Source: Takakia lepidozioides (taxonomy: Eukaryota; Plantae; Bryophyta). From it: a DNA stretch of 64,000 nucleotides. The DNA lies in NCBI GenBank assembly GCA_030704615.1, contig CM060731.1:46438001-46502000 (forward strand), in the 5' to 3' direction. Positions 61,632 to 64,000 of this stretch are shown piece by piece. Position 1 is the first letter of the stretch. Every line of letters begins with the position of its first letter. Below the pieces are notes generated by a model, which worked only from the letters and a program-made list of their open reading frames with translations, had not been told where the DNA came from and ran no database searches. Made by a program: the position numbers and the translations under genes.

Positions 61632-63431
61632 AGGCGCGCTGACTCTATCGATCAAAGAAATTCCAGGCGAAATTCCACCAGTATTATGACCTGAAACCAC
61701 GTAATATTCACACTGTGATATGTGTAAGCTGGATCCCTCAAATCATATCACCTGCTCCCTGTCGTGGTATACCGTGCTCAAGTCTCAACCTAGATTTTCC
61801 GTTCAATTGGTAAGCTCGCTATCAGTTTGTAAGATTGAGCAGCTATGACCTTTCGCATCGGTTCTGCGTCTGTTCCAGTAACCCTGTAAGTACTCGTGCG
61901 TGCTCCATTGTCGTTGTGCACAAGCAGACAATCAGCGCTTTGCTTGCCCGCGCTCTTGTCATTCCCAGGCCAGAACCACCCGACCAAACCTCGCCCGCCA
62001 TTGCCCAGCAGATCTCTTGGCCGCCCTTTTTGAACGAACGTAAAACGGTCTTTTTTATTTTATTTTTGCAACAGGGGGCAGTCTCGGTGGCCCTGGAGAT
62101 TTTATTGAAAAAGGCAAAACAGTACAGCGGGTACAAAAAAACAATTATTTTATTTTTTTCTATTAAAAAAACCTGAGATCGGGCGGGTTTTTTTTTTTTT
62201 TTTGGCGGTTGTAGTTAAGTTGAAGAAAGGCGCAAGGACCGTCAAGCAAAAAATATCCTGGGATTTTTTTACTTTTGTTTTCTTTTCTTTTTCCTTAACA
62301 GGGGGAAATTTGAACTCGAAAGAACAGGTTGCACTCTCTGATTTACTTTTATTCTTTAAGTTTTCTAATTTTATTTGCAAAAAAGACGGCCTGGCAAAAA
62401 CCTTATGATGTAACTCATTTTCTAGACTTATAGTCTAATAGATACTAGAAAATACACTCAGTGACGTTGGAGCAATACATCCTTTCTATCTTATAAATTT
62501 GAAGAATGGAAAAGATAATACGCTGATATATCAGACATACAATTTTTTGAGGAATGTGAACTTACATCATTGAGAATTGAAGAGAAAATCACATAGGCAT
62601 CTAGCTACACCATCATTGATATTGTAATGGTGTACTTGTTAGGAAGACTAGTATATAAAACAGCATCAATGCGTATTCTTTAATTTCAAGGGTCTGGCTG
62701 TTTTGAACCGGATATGGGGTATGGTGTTGATGTATGTAATCACATGCTTTGTGGGCTCGTTTTGTGATGATGTAGATCGAATAGTTATGTTTGCATTTTC
62801 TCTTCGGCTACAGCATGCACGTAGTTAGATTTTCACTTTGATCATTTGTTATGGGAAACACCAGAAGCTAGGGTTGGTCTGTTGGTGGCATTAATTTAGG
62901 AGTATATCCAACAGGGATGACGAGCTTTTACTTTTCACACTACATATGATGTAAGAATTAGAGATTCCAAATAATATGAAGTCCAAAATATTGTGTTGAA
63001 TTTAGACCATATACCACTTTATTCATCATTTGATGATCTTATGCTTAAAGTTTCCTGTTCCGAATGTATTCCATGTAAAATGTTGGTTGATAGTACCGAC
63101 ATTGGTACTTTTGACCACTTTCTTGTCAAAAGTGAGATCAAAAAGCTCGATGTATATAAGAACTTAGGTGCATGTCCAATGATTGAATAATCAGCAATAC
63201 AAATTTACAATGATCATTTTTAAACCCACTTTTAAACATGTTGCCACAATGCTAATAAAGACATTTCAGTTTTCATTAGAAACAACTCGTGTCAAAGAAA
63301 CAATCATTTGGAACAAAATTGTAATGTTATATATGAATAAAAAGTTTAAACAAGGATTATGTTGTTTGATACAGAAACCACAACATAATCCATGATATGC
63401 CTGCATTTATTCTAATCAATATATGAAGGGA

Positions 63432-63439
63432 GACGTTTG

Positions 63440-63471
<32 letters not shown>

Positions 63472-64000
63472 GTGTCGTTAAGATCTCCCAAACCGCGCCC
63501 CAGCAGGAGTGCTTGGTGTGGTTGGAAAGCCATCAATGAGGAGGGGTGCACCGGCTTGGTCTCATGATTTTTGGACCAGCAGTGAGGGAGATGTGGAATT
63601 CCAAGTACTTTTGGTCGCTCAAAATTCACAAAAAAAAGTAAAAATAGCAAAGTGGGCATTCCTTGGGACAATGGTTGGAGCCTCGAGGGGAGAGATATCA
63701 AGGGAAAGGTCTCCAGTTCAAATCTGGTTGTAGGCTCTGTGGAAAAAAACATACTTAGATGACATTGGACACTTGGGCCAACGGCTACCCTAGAGGTTGC
63801 GGGCCTGGACATAGGAAACACACTTTGATACATAGGGGACTGTACTTGGACTTAGATGACACTCGACACTTGGGCCAACGGCACAGGCTACCCTAGTCAT
63901 TACATGAAGCAAGACGTTTGTTTTGTTTTGTAGCGTCGTTGAGATCTCCCAAACCGCAGGGCTAAGCTTGGTGCCGTTGGAAAGCCCTCGATCAGGAGGG
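63432..64000. repeat. Direct repeat (~480-bp spacing) running off the window end
   Basis: GACGTTTGTTTTG..GATCTCCCAAACCGC..GTTGGAAAGCC at ~63432 and ~63914. Confidence 0.55.

Noticed and set aside
61960-62400. hAT-like MITE (CCAGGCC...GGCCTGG)
   Set aside because: Only a 7-bp inverted match and no target-site duplication

Overview
Eukaryotic nuclear DNA, most likely a non-seed land plant (inferred from intron-containing plant-type genes). Host genes flank a three-layer nested transposon stack. Host genes: phosphoglycerate-mutase-like, a 5'-truncated condensin CAP-G, mitochondrial RPS9, a CREST/ceramidase-like membrane protein, a NYN+C2H2 protein and a TPR-SET protein. Layer 1 is an L1-type LINE (10572-12723 + 42883-~43990). 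It is split by layer 2, an ~18 kb Sola-like TIR DNA transposon (12724-42882). This carries, divergent from its transposase, a ParB-like/degenerate methyltransferase-like gene, three tandem FCP1-like pseudo-phosphatase domains and at least 13 dispersed copies of one 24-bp palindrome. Its transposase is split by layer 3, an 11.9 kb Ty3/Gypsy-type retroelement (28722-40669, 4-bp TSD AAGG). The retroelement encodes a DNMT3-like C5 methyltransferase between protease and RT and a PHD finger after integrase. It also carries captured host fragments (LUC7, MAD1, ISD11, RPS18). Most strikingly, it has split direct repeats (X...Y-X-Y) instead of a normal LTR pair. This geometry is what integration of a 2-LTR circle at an internal palindromic site (GACA-GC-TGTC) would give, and a self-complementary, non-tRNA primer site sits next to the 5' repeat. 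All family assignments are from motif recognition by eye, not database searches.
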